From Felis catus (taxonomy: Eukaryota), in contig NC_058368.1 in assembly GCF_018350175.1 (NCBI RefSeq), positions 189,474,001 to 189,538,000 of the forward strand: 64,000 bases of DNA, written 5' to 3'. The notes below the pieces were generated by a model. It was not told the origin of the DNA. It searched no databases and saw only the letters and a program-made list of their open reading frames with translations. The translations under genes were made by a program, and so were the position numbers. Below, piece after piece: positions 51,260 through 63,109 of this stretch. Numbering within the stretch: the stretch's first letter is position 1; the number at the start of each line of letters is the position of its first letter.

Positions 51260-51760
51260 AGCCTAGACCCAGTTCAAATCCTATCTCTCCAACTTGCATA
51301 TGTGATTTAGGACAAGTTTGCAGCACTTTTCTGAGTCTCTGTTACCATATCTGTACAACAGAGATAATAATAAAAATCCCTAAGGGACTTAGCTCTTAAC
51401 CAGTCAGTTACACTGTCTCCCAACAATACCCATGGTTCCTGATTGTTGAATTCCTTTCCCCTCACCCCACTGCCTGCAACACAGAGAAAAGTCCATAGCA
51501 CACCCCAGTGAAAGATGATACTGCTTCCCATGAACATTTATAATCATCCAGGAAGTGATTAGGAAGCTAAATTATGGGGTCAGATGGACTTGGACTCATG
51601 GCCTTGCCCAAATCACTTCATTTCCCTCATTCATCAGTTTATATACCAATGCAATGGGGACAACAATGGTACCTTTGCCATAGGGTTCTTGGGAGGATAA
51701 AATGAGATCACTCATGTAAAACACCGCACAAAGCCCAGCGCTAAGGAAGCACTCAATACC
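51260..51760 (+). mobile_element. Two MIR fragments
   Basis: GTTCAAATCCTATCTCTCC (51272); CATAGGGTT..GAGGATAAAATGAGAT..GCACTCAATA (51680-51757). Confidence 0.7.
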
Positions 51761-52187
51761 CTGTCACCATGGCAATAAAGGTGTTGAGAAAGGGGAGAGG
51801 GACACTGACCAAGAAGGGAAAGAGGAAGATATGGCTCTCCATGACCTGATCCAATAGCCTTTAGAGAGCGGATGCAGGAGTCCAGAACTCAACTCCCTCC
51901 CAGACTGAGGGACATAAACTGCAAACCTTTCAACACCAAAACCTCCTCTCCACTCCAGCCCTTCCTGGGCCAATTGTAGCAACTTCTTCCCAGGCCCCCA
52001 ACAAACGATTCAAGTGGATTAAAATATGTATGTATATATTTATGAGGACAAGAAAGAGGAAAAGCGTAACTTCTAGTCACAGCCTAAATTTCCTGCCTCC
52101 AAAGCCCAGCTGGATAGCACGAGTTCTAACAGAAAACAGCCGCACAATTAGCTGGAGTTCTGTAGCTGTCTGCAGCAGACTGCTTAC

Positions 52188-52220
52188 GCCGATGTCTCGA
52201 TAGGTGGTCTCCCAGTTCAT
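52188..52220 (-). CDS. Candidate coding part of an alternative first exon (MNWETTYRDIG)
   Basis: ATG at 52220-52218, 11 open codons, then donor GGC|GTAAGC; repeat-free, locally CpG-retaining; host gene not recognised. Confidence 0.3.
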
Positions 52221-52459
52221 CAGTTCATAAATAAGTAATTTGAAATGTGTTCCTGAGGGAAATTTTCCTCCTGCTCTCCCCAACAGACTGTACTCATCAG
52301 TTTTCCCATTCTCCAGGTAGCTGCCGTCCTCATTTATAATGGCCAGAGGAACTACGCTGTTCTAATTCCTGCTTCATTACATTGTCTAATGCGAGTTTTC
52401 ACCAGCCTCACAACTCCACATTTCTTTATATTGATAAGAAAAAAAAAACTTTGCATATA

Positions 52460-52995
52460 TTATTTATTGGCACTTTGGAGGTAGCTTTGCTACAGGTTTA
52501 AGTGGAATATTTTTTACATACAAAGCAAGATGGCCAAGTTGAGCTCTGGACAGAGGTTTGGAAATGTTGTGGATAAGCTCTCGAGTGGCACATAACGTGT
52601 GCACTGGGCAGGCATGCACCCCCAGTGCACAAATGAGGCATACCGCACACCCTACGCAAACTGCACAGTCCACACACAGGCCAACCATCACCCCCTATTT
52701 TACTTCCTTTCCCTTGATTCCTACCCTTGCTGCACATGTAGACTGGCAGATATTTTGTACACATCTCGATGCATTGTTCCAACCCTATATTTTTCCACTC
52801 GAGAAAATGCACAACCAGATCAAAAGCACCTGGTGACTTAGGAAAACCAGAGTCCCCCACTGGTGAAGCTAATGGAGTCACTAATTTGCCTGGCCAATAA
52901 AACCAATGATTTCTATACTAAAAGCCTTTGAGTGAAGCCTCCGGGGCTTGCTCCAGGGGTAATGGAGGGGGCTAGTTTCCTCTTAGCCAATAACC
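52460..52995 (-). promoter_or_regulatory. Candidate promoter with CCAAT-box cluster
   Basis: CCAAT at 52894, 52903, 52987 and ATTGG at 52466, in unique sequence upstream (minus strand) of the candidate first exon. Confidence 0.25.
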
Positions 52996-53809
52996 TAATT
53001 ATTTTTTTAAAGCACTAACTGTACCTTTCATTATAATAATGCATATAATTGATTTTACTGATTATGTCTTTTATGGCATCTATTAGTCACTGGGAACTAT
53101 ATTTACTTCTTTTTGTTGTTTTTATGATTGTTTAGCTTTGGGGTCTCATAATAGGTAATTAATAAAATATGTTAATCTGAGAGTAATTTACCTAATGAGA
53201 TCTCCAGGAATGCTTTTTCTCTCCTGATAAAGGAATTCCTCAGAAGGCTTTTATGGAAGAAAGCTTTCCCGTGAAACCTTGGCACAATCTGGAACCTAAA
53301 TTCAGATTTATTTTTGTTTTCCTGGAATCTGGACAGCCAGAGAATTTCATCAAAAAAATTTTTAAATGAATGTCAGGGACTGTCCTGTTTCACAGGAAAT
53401 TGTCCTCTTCTCCTGCCTGGTGGCAATCATCAACACCCTCTCCCCCAGGACAACCATTCAGGTAGCCATCAGTGAAGTTGGCCCTCCAGCAACTTGGACG
53501 GCTCTTTAAGAAAGGGGCTACAGTTTTGAAGGAGAGCTAAATTATTGCAGTCCAAGAAAAGCCAAGCCAAAAGGGTAAGGTAAAGAAACGAAAGAAAATA
53601 AAGGGGGTAACAGGGACAACGTTTACACTACAATGTGACTTTTGGCAGAGAAACACACTATCTGGTAGGAGAGAACAACAAAATCTAGACCAGTTTCTCC
53701 AAGGCAGGAACAATTCATCTTTATCTACAAGGGGTGCCAGTGTATTGAGTGGAAATAGCTCATTCTCTGGGATGCTGGTCAGACGGAACTAAGGAGGTCT
53801 GCAGCACAG

Positions 53810-54270
53810 AAGGCTGTTGAAATCAGAGTGTCTGGAAGCAGATGCATCTGACTCACACGCAGTCCTACACCTAGGACTTAGTGGACTTGGTCACGTCATT
53901 TCTTCCCTCCATATTACCTTTCACTTCCAAATGAAGGAGGATGATGGTACCTAGCCCATTGGATCTGTGAGATTAACGGACACTTGCCTGTAATAAAGGA
54001 ACACAGAGCTTGGCATTCACCAGGGTTTCTCAACTTCGGTATCCCTGACATTTTTTGCTGGGTGGGGGAATGTCTGTGTTGCACTCTGTTTAGCAGCATC
54101 TCTGCTTCTAGCCATAGGAGCCAATAGCACTCCTCCCCTCCCAGTTGTGGCAACTGAAATTGTCTCCAGATATTTCCAAGTATCCTTTGGAAGGGGAAGG
54201 TAGACGTAGTAGGCAAAACTGCCACCCCTGAGAACCACTGGTCTACGCTAAAGACCCAAAAAACACTAGC
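53810..54270 (+). mobile_element. MIR SINE split by MER20
   Basis: TGGATCTGTGAGATTAA..ACAGAGCTTGGCA before; AAACACTAGC after. Confidence 0.65.
54021..54240. mobile_element. MER20
   Basis: CAGGGTTTCTCAAC..TTTAGCAGCATC..CCAATAGCACTCC..CCCAGTTGTGGCAAC..TGTCTCCAGATATT..TGAGAACCACTG. Confidence 0.92.
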
Positions 54271-54564
54271 TCAGTGTTAGGATGATCTCTTCTGAGAATC
54301 ACCTAGCAGGAGAAATGAGAAAGCTGCTTCCGGGGGTGGGGGTGGGGGTGGGGGGTAATACCGTAGGGTGTCCCACAGTGAATTCCGCCAGCTCTTGTTA
54401 TGATCACTGGGAATAATTCCAGGCTTTAGTCTGAGTATCTCACACTAACATGCAGAAACCTCTTTCCAGAGGTGCCAAAGTCTCCGAAGTACATCGGGAG
54501 CAAGTAGGGGTAAAATGACTGCAGGTTATGGATTACAGACCAAGACATGCAGGCGCCATCTTAC

Positions 54565-54573
54565 CTCCAGTTC
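54565..54573 (-). CDS. Candidate 9-nt microexon GAACTGGAG (frame-preserving; ELE if phase 0)
   Basis: Minus strand reads ...cctttggtttttggcttggtttgtctctccag|GAACTGGAG|gtaagatggcgcctgcatg: U-rich tract with CAG acceptor, GAG|GTAAGA donor, UGCAUG at +14. Confidence 0.6.
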
Positions 54574-55374
54574 CTGGAGAGACAAACCAAGCCAAAAACC
54601 AAAGGCCACCAATATAAAGTAATGTAGGTCTGTATGTGTCTATATACATAGATACAGATATAGACAGGGGTATATAGATGTATCATACACATAAGTTTAT
54701 AATATGTAAGCACAGAAAACTACAGTGAACTCTGCTGATTGACAGAAAATTGTAAGTTCCTCTACCCATAAAAAGCAAATTATGAAAATGTCTAAAGCCT
54801 AAAACTGACCTGCCCCATCTTTGACTCCTATGACACACAACTTTCTCTAAAAATTCAGGTCCCAGATGCTTTTAGAACTCAGACTATTTCAAGTTTACAT
54901 TGAAATTCATTTAGAGTGGCTCTCTCTTTTACTTGGTGAGAAAAAGTAACCTTCATGCACTGAATACAGGCTGTGTGCAAGACTCTTTTACAAACGTTAT
55001 TTCATTTGGCAAATTAGAGGCTGCCAATTTTAGCAATCATTTGATAGTCTCACTCTGTAGAAAAAGAAAAGAGAAAACTGCATGTGTATATATACATATT
55101 CAACCAAAAGAAAAAAAAAAACAAAAAAGCAAAAACAAAACATATGCACTTAATACCATAGAAAACCACATAAACACAAAAATAACAGACAACTGCCCAA
55201 ATGTGTGTTCATACAACCCTCTCATGCACCCCCTCAAAAATAAGTACCCGATGATGACACGAAGTAATATACTGGATTTCCCAATAAGCAGAAAAAGCAT
55301 GTACCTCCTGTGAAACAGGAGCACTCAAAATAAAAATTTTAAATAAAATTTGCTACTTGAAAATTACCAGAGTA

Positions 55375-55520
55375 GGGGCACATGGGTGACTCAGTCAGTT
55401 AAGTGTCCAGCTCTTGATTTGGGCTCAAGGCATGATCTCACAGTTCATGAGATCGAGCCCCACATCGGGCTCCACACTGACAGCACAGAGCCTGCTTGGC
55501 ATTTTTTCTCTCTCTCTCCC

Positions 55521-55572
<52 letters not shown>

Positions 55573-55633
55573 CCTCCCTTGCTTGCACACACGTACTCTT
55601 TCTCTCTCTAAATAAATATATAAACATTTTTAA
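55375..55633 (+). mobile_element. CanSINE (SINEC)
   Basis: Typical head/body/(CT)n/tail; TSD aaaattaccagagta (55360-55374) / aaaattatcagagta (55634-55648). Confidence 0.97.
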
Positions 55634-56704
55634 AAAATTATCAGAGTAGTCATCATGGGAAAAAATATTTATTCTACTTCCTTATACTTCTGTTAAAGTT
55701 TTGCCTTGTTTTTATTTTCAATCACCTAAATTGGGAATGGAGAGGTAACCACAATTTTTGAGTTATTCAGATCTTTAAAATCTTAATGGAGCCCTGAGAC
55801 ACATGCAAACATTCACATCCAAATTTATAGAACATGGAAACCCATGCCTGTTATCCAGGTGCCTCTTAGCATGACACTTGGAAGGGCGGAGGGACTCTGT
55901 TCTGGCTGCCAGGGGACCTGTATTCTAATCCTTGCTTTCTACTTACTCTTCACTGATACCTCAAATCTCAGTTACTCGATGTGGGGGAGAAAAAAAAAAA
56001 CCTAGACGGTGGAATTGACATGACTTTCAACATTCACTTTAGCTTTGACTGCCTGTGAATCCCACCTCTTGCCCAAGGTCACCCTCAGCTGGTGGCCACA
56101 GAGACAGAAATGGAGGTGATTCCACCTCCTAGTTCAAGGCCTTTCACACAAACGCCCCCATCCTTCTCTCTCCTCCCTCAGTTCCTTATTACTATGCACT
56201 TCCAATCTCTTCTCCTTCTCCTGTGCAGTCAATCCACAGCCCCTCCCTACCCCCTACAGCTCTGCTCAGCAGGTAGTGCAGGAAAAGATAGCAATGGGGA
56301 AAGACAGCCAGGCACACTGAAGGGGTTACTTTGCCCGGGGACCCCTTTATCTGAAGTTGTCCTCAAAAGCGAAAATGAGTTGATTTGCATTTTCCCACTG
56401 AAGCATGCAGAGTAGCTGAGGAGTGTTTCTCGTTACTAAGTATCGTCTTCTCTGGTTTGCCTGAGGCCTTCTCTGGGGCTGGAACAGCTCTGAAAACACC
56501 TGTATGCTGCCCATTTAAATACATGCTTCAGACAAATCTTTTCAGGGTTTCAAAAGGGAAAGACTAATGCTTTCCCTCCCCAGCATACATTATCCTTCCT
56601 GTGAATGCTGAAGGCAGAAATTAACCCTTTCCTGACTGGTTCCTTTCTTGTCTGTCCATGCAATGCCTGCATTCACGTTCATGGCTAGAGTTAACAGCTT
56701 TCTC

Positions 56705-56865
56705 CTTTACTAATTCATTCATTCAGTTGGCCAGTCAGTCAGTCAGTCAGCAAGTATTCACTGAGAATCTGCTGTGTACCAAAGCACCATGTTGACTGCA
56801 CTTAACCTACAGAAACAACTTTGCTAAGGGTCTTGCTCTGAAATTGCTCACAGTCTAGCCAAGGC
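56705..56865 (-). mobile_element. L2 3' end
   Basis: ATTCATTCATTCAG..CAAGTATTCACTGAG..TGTGTACCAAAGCAC..GCTCACAGTCTAG. Confidence 0.75.
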
Positions 56866-58262
56866 AGTAACATGCCTGGATGTACCCAAATATACCCAGA
56901 TATCACCTGGGGGCCTCATCCACCTCTGAAATTGGTTCAAACAATATCATGGCTTGTTGGAATCCATAGCTGGCCCTATGAGCTCTGCAAACCCCCAGCC
57001 TTCTTTCTCTGCTGTGCATTTAAGCCTCTTGCTGTGATTGGGCACCAGCATCTAATGACTTTGGTAATTCTGTGGAAGAACTGAAATGAGTGGAGAGGGG
57101 TGGCATCAAGCACCACACGGTCTTCTGCCATCTTGGTGGCTCTTTACCTCATTCTCCGCTGGCTCCCAAAGTCTGGGCTCTCCAGGAGATGGCCTGCCTC
57201 ACCGTGCACATTCCCCTGAAGTGTAAGCCCACCCTGCTCTTCTCATGGCTAGCACATCTCACAGACCAGTCTTCCTTCCCTGGTATCCTGGGAATTGGGG
57301 GAATAAAGTTTTCTCCATCGTTTTATTCAAATAAATATAATACAAGCAGGAAAGCGATGGAAGCCATAAGAGTACACTTGGCCCCAGGCAGGCAATTAAT
57401 AAATATATTGAATGAACATACTTGTTGAAGGAGAGGGTTGGAAAAGGACTATGGATGTTAAGGGGAGGGGGAAAAATGGCTATCATAAAGGATTCAAAGA
57501 AGGAAGGCTTTTCTGCAAAAGCACATAGTGGCACATGAGCAGGCAATATTTCAGGTTACAGAATCCTTTCTGACCCTCATCTATATATGTTTCTTCTCCT
57601 CTTTTCTTCATTTGGGCATCTATGGAGCTCTTCATGAAATACTAGCAGACAAAAGGATCTTGGAGGTCTGAACACAGGACTCAGGAATCAAAAAATCCTA
57701 ACGGGTCCAAGCAAGAAGAAATTGTGGAGCTCGTCTATCCCAATTCATTTGGTTCATAAAGGAGTAGGCAGACTTTCCAAGGTCATGTCGCATGTTAATG
57801 GATCATAATGCACTCAACCCTCTCTCTTCTGTAGCAGAGACATCCAGACAGACCTCTGATGTGTTTTATTTGGCTGGTACAGTGTTTTCCCCATATCTTA
57901 ATTTGAAGAGTGATCAGCATTTTAAAACCATGAAACTTCACAAAATAATCCAGAAAAGAAATCAATGGTCTGCCAACCCTGGGCTCACACTCCAGCAATG
58001 GTTGGAGTTGGGTGGCATGGTCTCCTGTTTGCACAGTCCCCTTCACTCTCAGTTGCCTAACATTCAGCTGGCCCCACTCATCTCCATCACAGTCATGGCC
58101 CTATGTATTTACACTGAGAAGCCCTACATTTCAGCAGGCTTCTTGCCCTGGCCAAAAGAAAACCATTTAGCATGTCCAGTCTCAAGCAGCACTGTAAGTG
58201 ATGTGATTCTAGAGGAACTGTTAAATTCAGTAATTTCTCTCACCTTACCCCTAACCAAAACC

Positions 58263-58279
58263 TAATAATAATAATAATG

Positions 58280-58312
<33 letters not shown>
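58263..58312. repeat. (AAT)n microsatellite
   Basis: Directly visible. Confidence 0.98.
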
Positions 58313-58316
<4 letters not shown>

Positions 58317-58715
58317 TGAATTGCAGGCAAACAAGCACACAAAAAAGCCTTTCTCATTTTCTGGTACTGCCTGAAATCCCACTGCAGCTTGGGTTAAGTA
58401 TTGTGGTTCTCTAACATCTTGGATTTGGAATAACAGTGATGAAGAAGGAAGTGGTTCCTAGCACACATGTTCATCTACTTTAATATTTTGCCTGAGGGCA
58501 ATTCTTTACTAAGAATGCTCAGACCTTCTATGTGTACATACACACAATATACAGTACAATACACAATTCCTTCTCTCATTTTCCCTCTCTCTCAAAATCA
58601 GCCACATGCCCAACATTGTTGAAATCTGACCCAATCAACAAAAATGAAATTTTCCCCTTAAAAAAGAAAAAAAATACAATAATTTTCATAAAATTAAAAC
58701 ACAGAGCAAATATAC

Positions 58716-58746
58716 CTCTTTGAAGAGGAAAATGTGATGGTTTCCT
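58716..58746 (-). other. Candidate 31-nt exon
   Basis: Minus strand: long pyrimidine-rich stretch ...catgctctctctgaccctccag|AGGAAACCATCACATTTTCCTCTTCAAAGAG|gtatat; open in all three frames. Confidence 0.25.
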
Positions 58747-61093
58747 CTGGAGGGTCAGAGAGAGCATGAACCAAAGGAATAGACTTCAAGAGCACAGGAT
58801 AGCACATTTTGATTATGTAAGTGTGTGGACTTTGAGAGGCAGAAAGTATAGGAACACAAGGCAGAAAGAAAGAGAGAAAAACTGTCATTTTAGCAGTGGT
58901 TACTTTACTGCGATTTCAAGTTAACAGTCGGGTAAGTACCAAAATGCTATGTCCAAAATTTCAACACGTCTTCTTCCTTTTTCTCATTCCCATTGTGAGT
59001 TCCAGGAAATGGAGAGAAAATATAATGAAGCATATTTCTTTTTAAGTGGCATGTAGCTGGCCCCTATGTGGATCCTGTTTTCTGGCATCATTTTAATTAG
59101 GAAAGGCGAGAAAGTTCCCAGTGTTCCCCCCACCATCCTTCCCTGTGTCTAAGTGAGGGTTTCACAGAGAACTGGCAACCAACACAATTTTGACAGAGTG
59201 AACTTCTTTCTCTCATAAGCATCCCTCCAATCCCTAGATAATAACCCTCATTCCTCCCACATTAACTAACACACACAACTTTCTTCCTCCCACCCTCCCC
59301 CAGCCCACACTTCTCTCCAAAACGTATAACATAATTGTGAAGGCTAATTATCAAATAATGCTTAAGCCTTTGGGAGCAAGATAGAGGGTTCTAGAAATGT
59401 TTTAAAAAGTCCCCAGGCTGCAATAGAAACGTGATTAACTGAAACAAAAATGCCTGGTGAAAAGTTTCAAAACTAAAATCAGTTTAAAAAATTCTTTTAT
59501 ATGTACATGTATTATACACACATATATACGTAATAATGTGATATGTAATATATATTGCATCATACATAGTATGTGTGTATATATGTTTCTATGTGTGCAT
59601 ATAGATATATGGTATCAGTTTTTTAATAGGTCACAGAGACTTTCTGACACTCTAGGGCAAGTCCTTAAAGAGAGACATAATTTGAAGTTGATCCATCTTT
59701 TTCTAGATACTGGGATATCCACCCAGTGGGTAGATTTCTGCCCACTCCCTCCGCCCCCTGAAAGAGGTCCTCTCAGCTGACTCTGGAGGGAGGGAGGAGA
59801 AGTCTGCCTCTAGTAAGAGGAAAAGAGAGAGCAATTCTGGGCAATATAATTCTCTTCCTGACCCCAACATGAGCAGATAGAGGCTGACAGATGTAGCCTT
59901 TATCATGGAATAAAACAGGCTCACAGCAGTGTGCCACACACATGAATGTCACATTTTATGAACTGCCGTATTGCTGCACTACACACTGCAGTAAAAGCAG
60001 AGGTGGGTAGACCAGGAGGTTGAGAGACAACAACTGGGCCTCCTGCCTCCCATGCCCCCTCCACTCCAGGCACAGGTATTGGTCTTCTGTCTGTATCCTC
60101 AGAGAGGAAGAAACAGACGGTGGATGCAACGGTGTGGGGGCCAAGTCCTCAGCTGTGCTCAAAGAAGTTAAAAATAGTACCCCAGATGGTCCAGTTTCAA
60201 CTGTCCTGGGACCCTGAGCAGTTACAGAGCAGAAGGGGCTGGGGGGAGAAGAGTAGGAAGGATTCAGAGAAGTGTGCATAATAACTATGCATGGCCTATC
60301 ATGCAAAGAACTGCAGGACAGAAAAAAAGCTCCTCCCTCTCCTTTAGTAGAAGTCAAGCCTAGAATGCTGATTCTGTGCATGACAAGTCCTGTGACAGCC
60401 AGGAGATCCCATCCATGAACTCTGGGTCAGGAAAACAAGGAAGGTCCATTCTGAGACTCAATCCACAGATGAGCATTCCATGAGAATCAGCTCTTGACTC
60501 AACACTGTAGAGTAGATGGTATCCATGATCTCCTGGGACTCACTTTCTAGTTGAAGAACAAGTATGATTTGCCATCTTTACCTCATGCCCGACTGAGACT
60601 TCCTGCCTCATTCATGGGACTCAGGCATGATTGGGGATTCTGAACAAGAGAAAATCAGAATCTATTGGAGATCCTCTCCCCACCAATTATTGGGTTAGGC
60701 CTGAGTCAGTTGTAGTTGAGGCTAATGACACCTCTTAATTTGCCCTCTTTCCTATGGTGGGATGTCATGCCATCCGAATTAGATACGGTTCCTACTATGG
60801 TGTAATGTGGTATTCCAGAGTCCTTACAGCCATGGAAGAATTATGGCACATGTTCCCAGACCAATTTTTCTTTTGTTGCAGAAAATTATGCTAGGGAGAT
60901 TATTCTTTTTAGGAAGCAAGCATACGTGTAGAGTACCCTGCAAAACTCAAATATTTTTAAAGTAAAATGTAAGTCTTCAAAGAAATTGCAGGCTTCCAGG
61001 AGACTATTTTGAGCTCCAACCTTATCACCAACCTGGAAATGAGTGTACTTCCCTCTGTTATTAGGGATTCTCTGGTGCAAAACTGTTATGCAT

Positions 61094-61555
61094 ATGGTAT
61101 GCTAAATAGTGGCCACCCAAAGATATCCATGTCCTAATCCCCATAACCTATGAATTTTACCTTACATGACCATAGCGACTTTGATTAAGTGAAGGATTTT
61201 GAAATAGGGAGAATATTGTCAATTATCTGGGTGGACCCTATATGTAATCACAAGTGTCCTTATACGAAGAATGCAAAGATGTGGCTGCAGAGAGAAAGTG
61301 AAGTGATGAGGTAGAGATTGGAGTGATACACTTTGATGATGGAAAGAAAGGGCCACAAGCCAAGAAATACTGATGGCTACCTGAAGCTGAAAAGGGCAGG
61401 GAAGCAAATTCTGCCCCCAGTCTCAGAAGGGTTCCTTCTGAGGAAGGAACACTTTATTTTAACCCACCTCGATTTTAATCCATTTTGGACTCTGCCCTCC
61501 AGAACTGTATGAGAATAAATCTGTATTCTTTAAGTCACTAAATTTGTAATTTAGA
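61094..61555 (+). mobile_element. MaLR LTR (MLT1C/D-like)
   Basis: CCCAAAGATATCCATGTCCTAATCCC..TTATCTGGGTGGACCC..GTAATCACAAG..CTCCAGAACTGTATGAGAATAAATCTGT. Confidence 0.9.
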
Positions 61556-62199
61556 AACAAAAGTCCAGGTCATGTGGACCAGCAACTTCACACTATTATA
61601 ATGAGTGGTTTTTCTCTGAACCACACAGAACACAGGATGTTGGAGGACAATTATTTTATCCCTTCTCCATTAGAAAATATTCTATTAAGCCATAAGTCAT
61701 GTTTTGCTCAGACTGGCTTCCATGCATTTGTTCATATCAAGAATAGCCTCGAGAGCCATTCTCATCATTGCTATTTTGGGTTCTATGGTGAAACAAATAA
61801 GTGAAATCTTCTTAAATTTATATGCTTGATGAAAGTGAGGTTTTCTGTGCCCCATGGGCATTAGTATTTAGAAAAAGCAAAGATTTCTAATCTCATAAAG
61901 ATAGGAGGTACCAATCTCAGATTTTTAGACTGCATGGTCTGAGTGAAAACAAAAGTCTCAGGACACCAAACTGTCTTTTCTACTGGCCTACTATTCTACT
62001 GGAAATGTATACTATCCATTGGGGATTACAGCTCAGTTTTTCCAGTGTCCCCCCTCCCGCCCCCGCAGTAGGAAGAAAATAATATAAAAGACCGTGGTCA
62101 GTCATTATCCCCAAATCACAAATCAGTTAGGAATAGGTGCACATTTGCCCAGACCTCTTATGAATTATGGTAAAATCCAAACAATAGGAGTTTACATTA

Positions 62200-62760
62200 A
62201 AAAGAGTCAACAGGAATATAGGCAAAGAGGATCCAATATACAACTACTAGGAAACCCTAAAGAAGAAAGCAAAGGAACAGAAGAATCCCAAGAAAAAGAG
62301 AACAAAGAAAATACCAAAAACTGTAATTCAATAAAGTTTTCCTAATATAATAAAGTGATTTGAACTATATGTTGAAAAAACATACCCTGTACCTGAGAAT
62401 ATTGACCCAGAATGACCAAAACCAGGACATATTCCAGGAAAAAAAAACCTGTATTTAAAAGAAAAGGGGAAAAAAATAGATATTTAAGCAAAAGGAGCAT
62501 ATAACTTACAAGGGAAATCAAATTAATTTATCCTCAGATTTTTTTTTGACAGCAAAGCTTTTTGCTAGAAGAAATTAGAGTAATGTATTTAAAATATTCA
62601 AGGAGAGAAAATGTGAACTAAGGATTTTTTATCCAGGAAATCACAAGCTGCTAATAACATGTAAAGACTCAGAGAATATTATTCCCATGAGCCCTTCCTA
62701 AGGAGTCTTCTAAAGAACACGTTTCAGTCAGGTACTGCTGGTGAATATCAGATATATAGT
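62200..62760 (+). mobile_element. Old L1 ORF1-region / HAL1-like fragment
   Basis: GATCCAATATAC..CCAGGACATATTCC..TTACAAGGGAAA..CAGATTT..GCTAGAAGA..AGAAAATGTGAACTAAGGATTTTTATCCAG. Confidence 0.7.
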
Positions 62761-63109
62761 TACTTGTAGATAAAAAACTAAATGAGGGTTGAAAGGTAGA
62801 CAGTTTAGTATATGATTCAACTGCAAATATACTACAACTATAAAAATTGGGGAGATGATTAGCATATGCAAAAAACATTTTATCTGCTTTCACTAACAAT
62901 AATGTCAGTAATAGTACAAATATTATTATTCTGGGGATGTTGTATATATAAAGTAGAAAAAAAGCAAATGCTAATTATGGGACATTCTAATTCTACCATC
63001 TCCCATGCCTCAAAGGATTTTTTAGTTAAAGGAACTATGTAGATAATAGAAGATGTTAAATAAACAATGTAGATATGAATCTGAAATAGACATATCAGTA
63101 TAAACTCAT

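Noticed and set aside
54565..54573. Assignment of the microexon to SPOCK-family EVE microexons
   Set aside because: Sequence would encode ELE, not EVE, and I found no SPOCK-like flanking exon in the window, so no gene symbol is given.
548..55633. tRNA-like sequences and recurring ~200-bp repeats suggesting tRNA genes or an array
   Set aside because: These are dispersed tRNA-derived SINE heads with TSDs and A-tails; no cloverleaf tRNA gene, CRISPR-like or regularly spaced array is present.
57792..58265. 157-aa plus-strand ORF
   Set aside because: No recognisable homology, splice context or coding-like composition; such lengths arise by chance in 64 kb.
59956..60381. 141-aa minus-strand ORF with a possible acceptor near 60214
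   Set aside because: No recognisable domain and no convincing donor; cannot be supported as coding.
60860..60975. Plus-strand acceptor (ttgttgcag) and donor-like AAT|GTAAGT
   Set aside because: 88-nt non-3n segment, AT-rich, with a stop in the ATG-containing frame; likely pseudo-exon.
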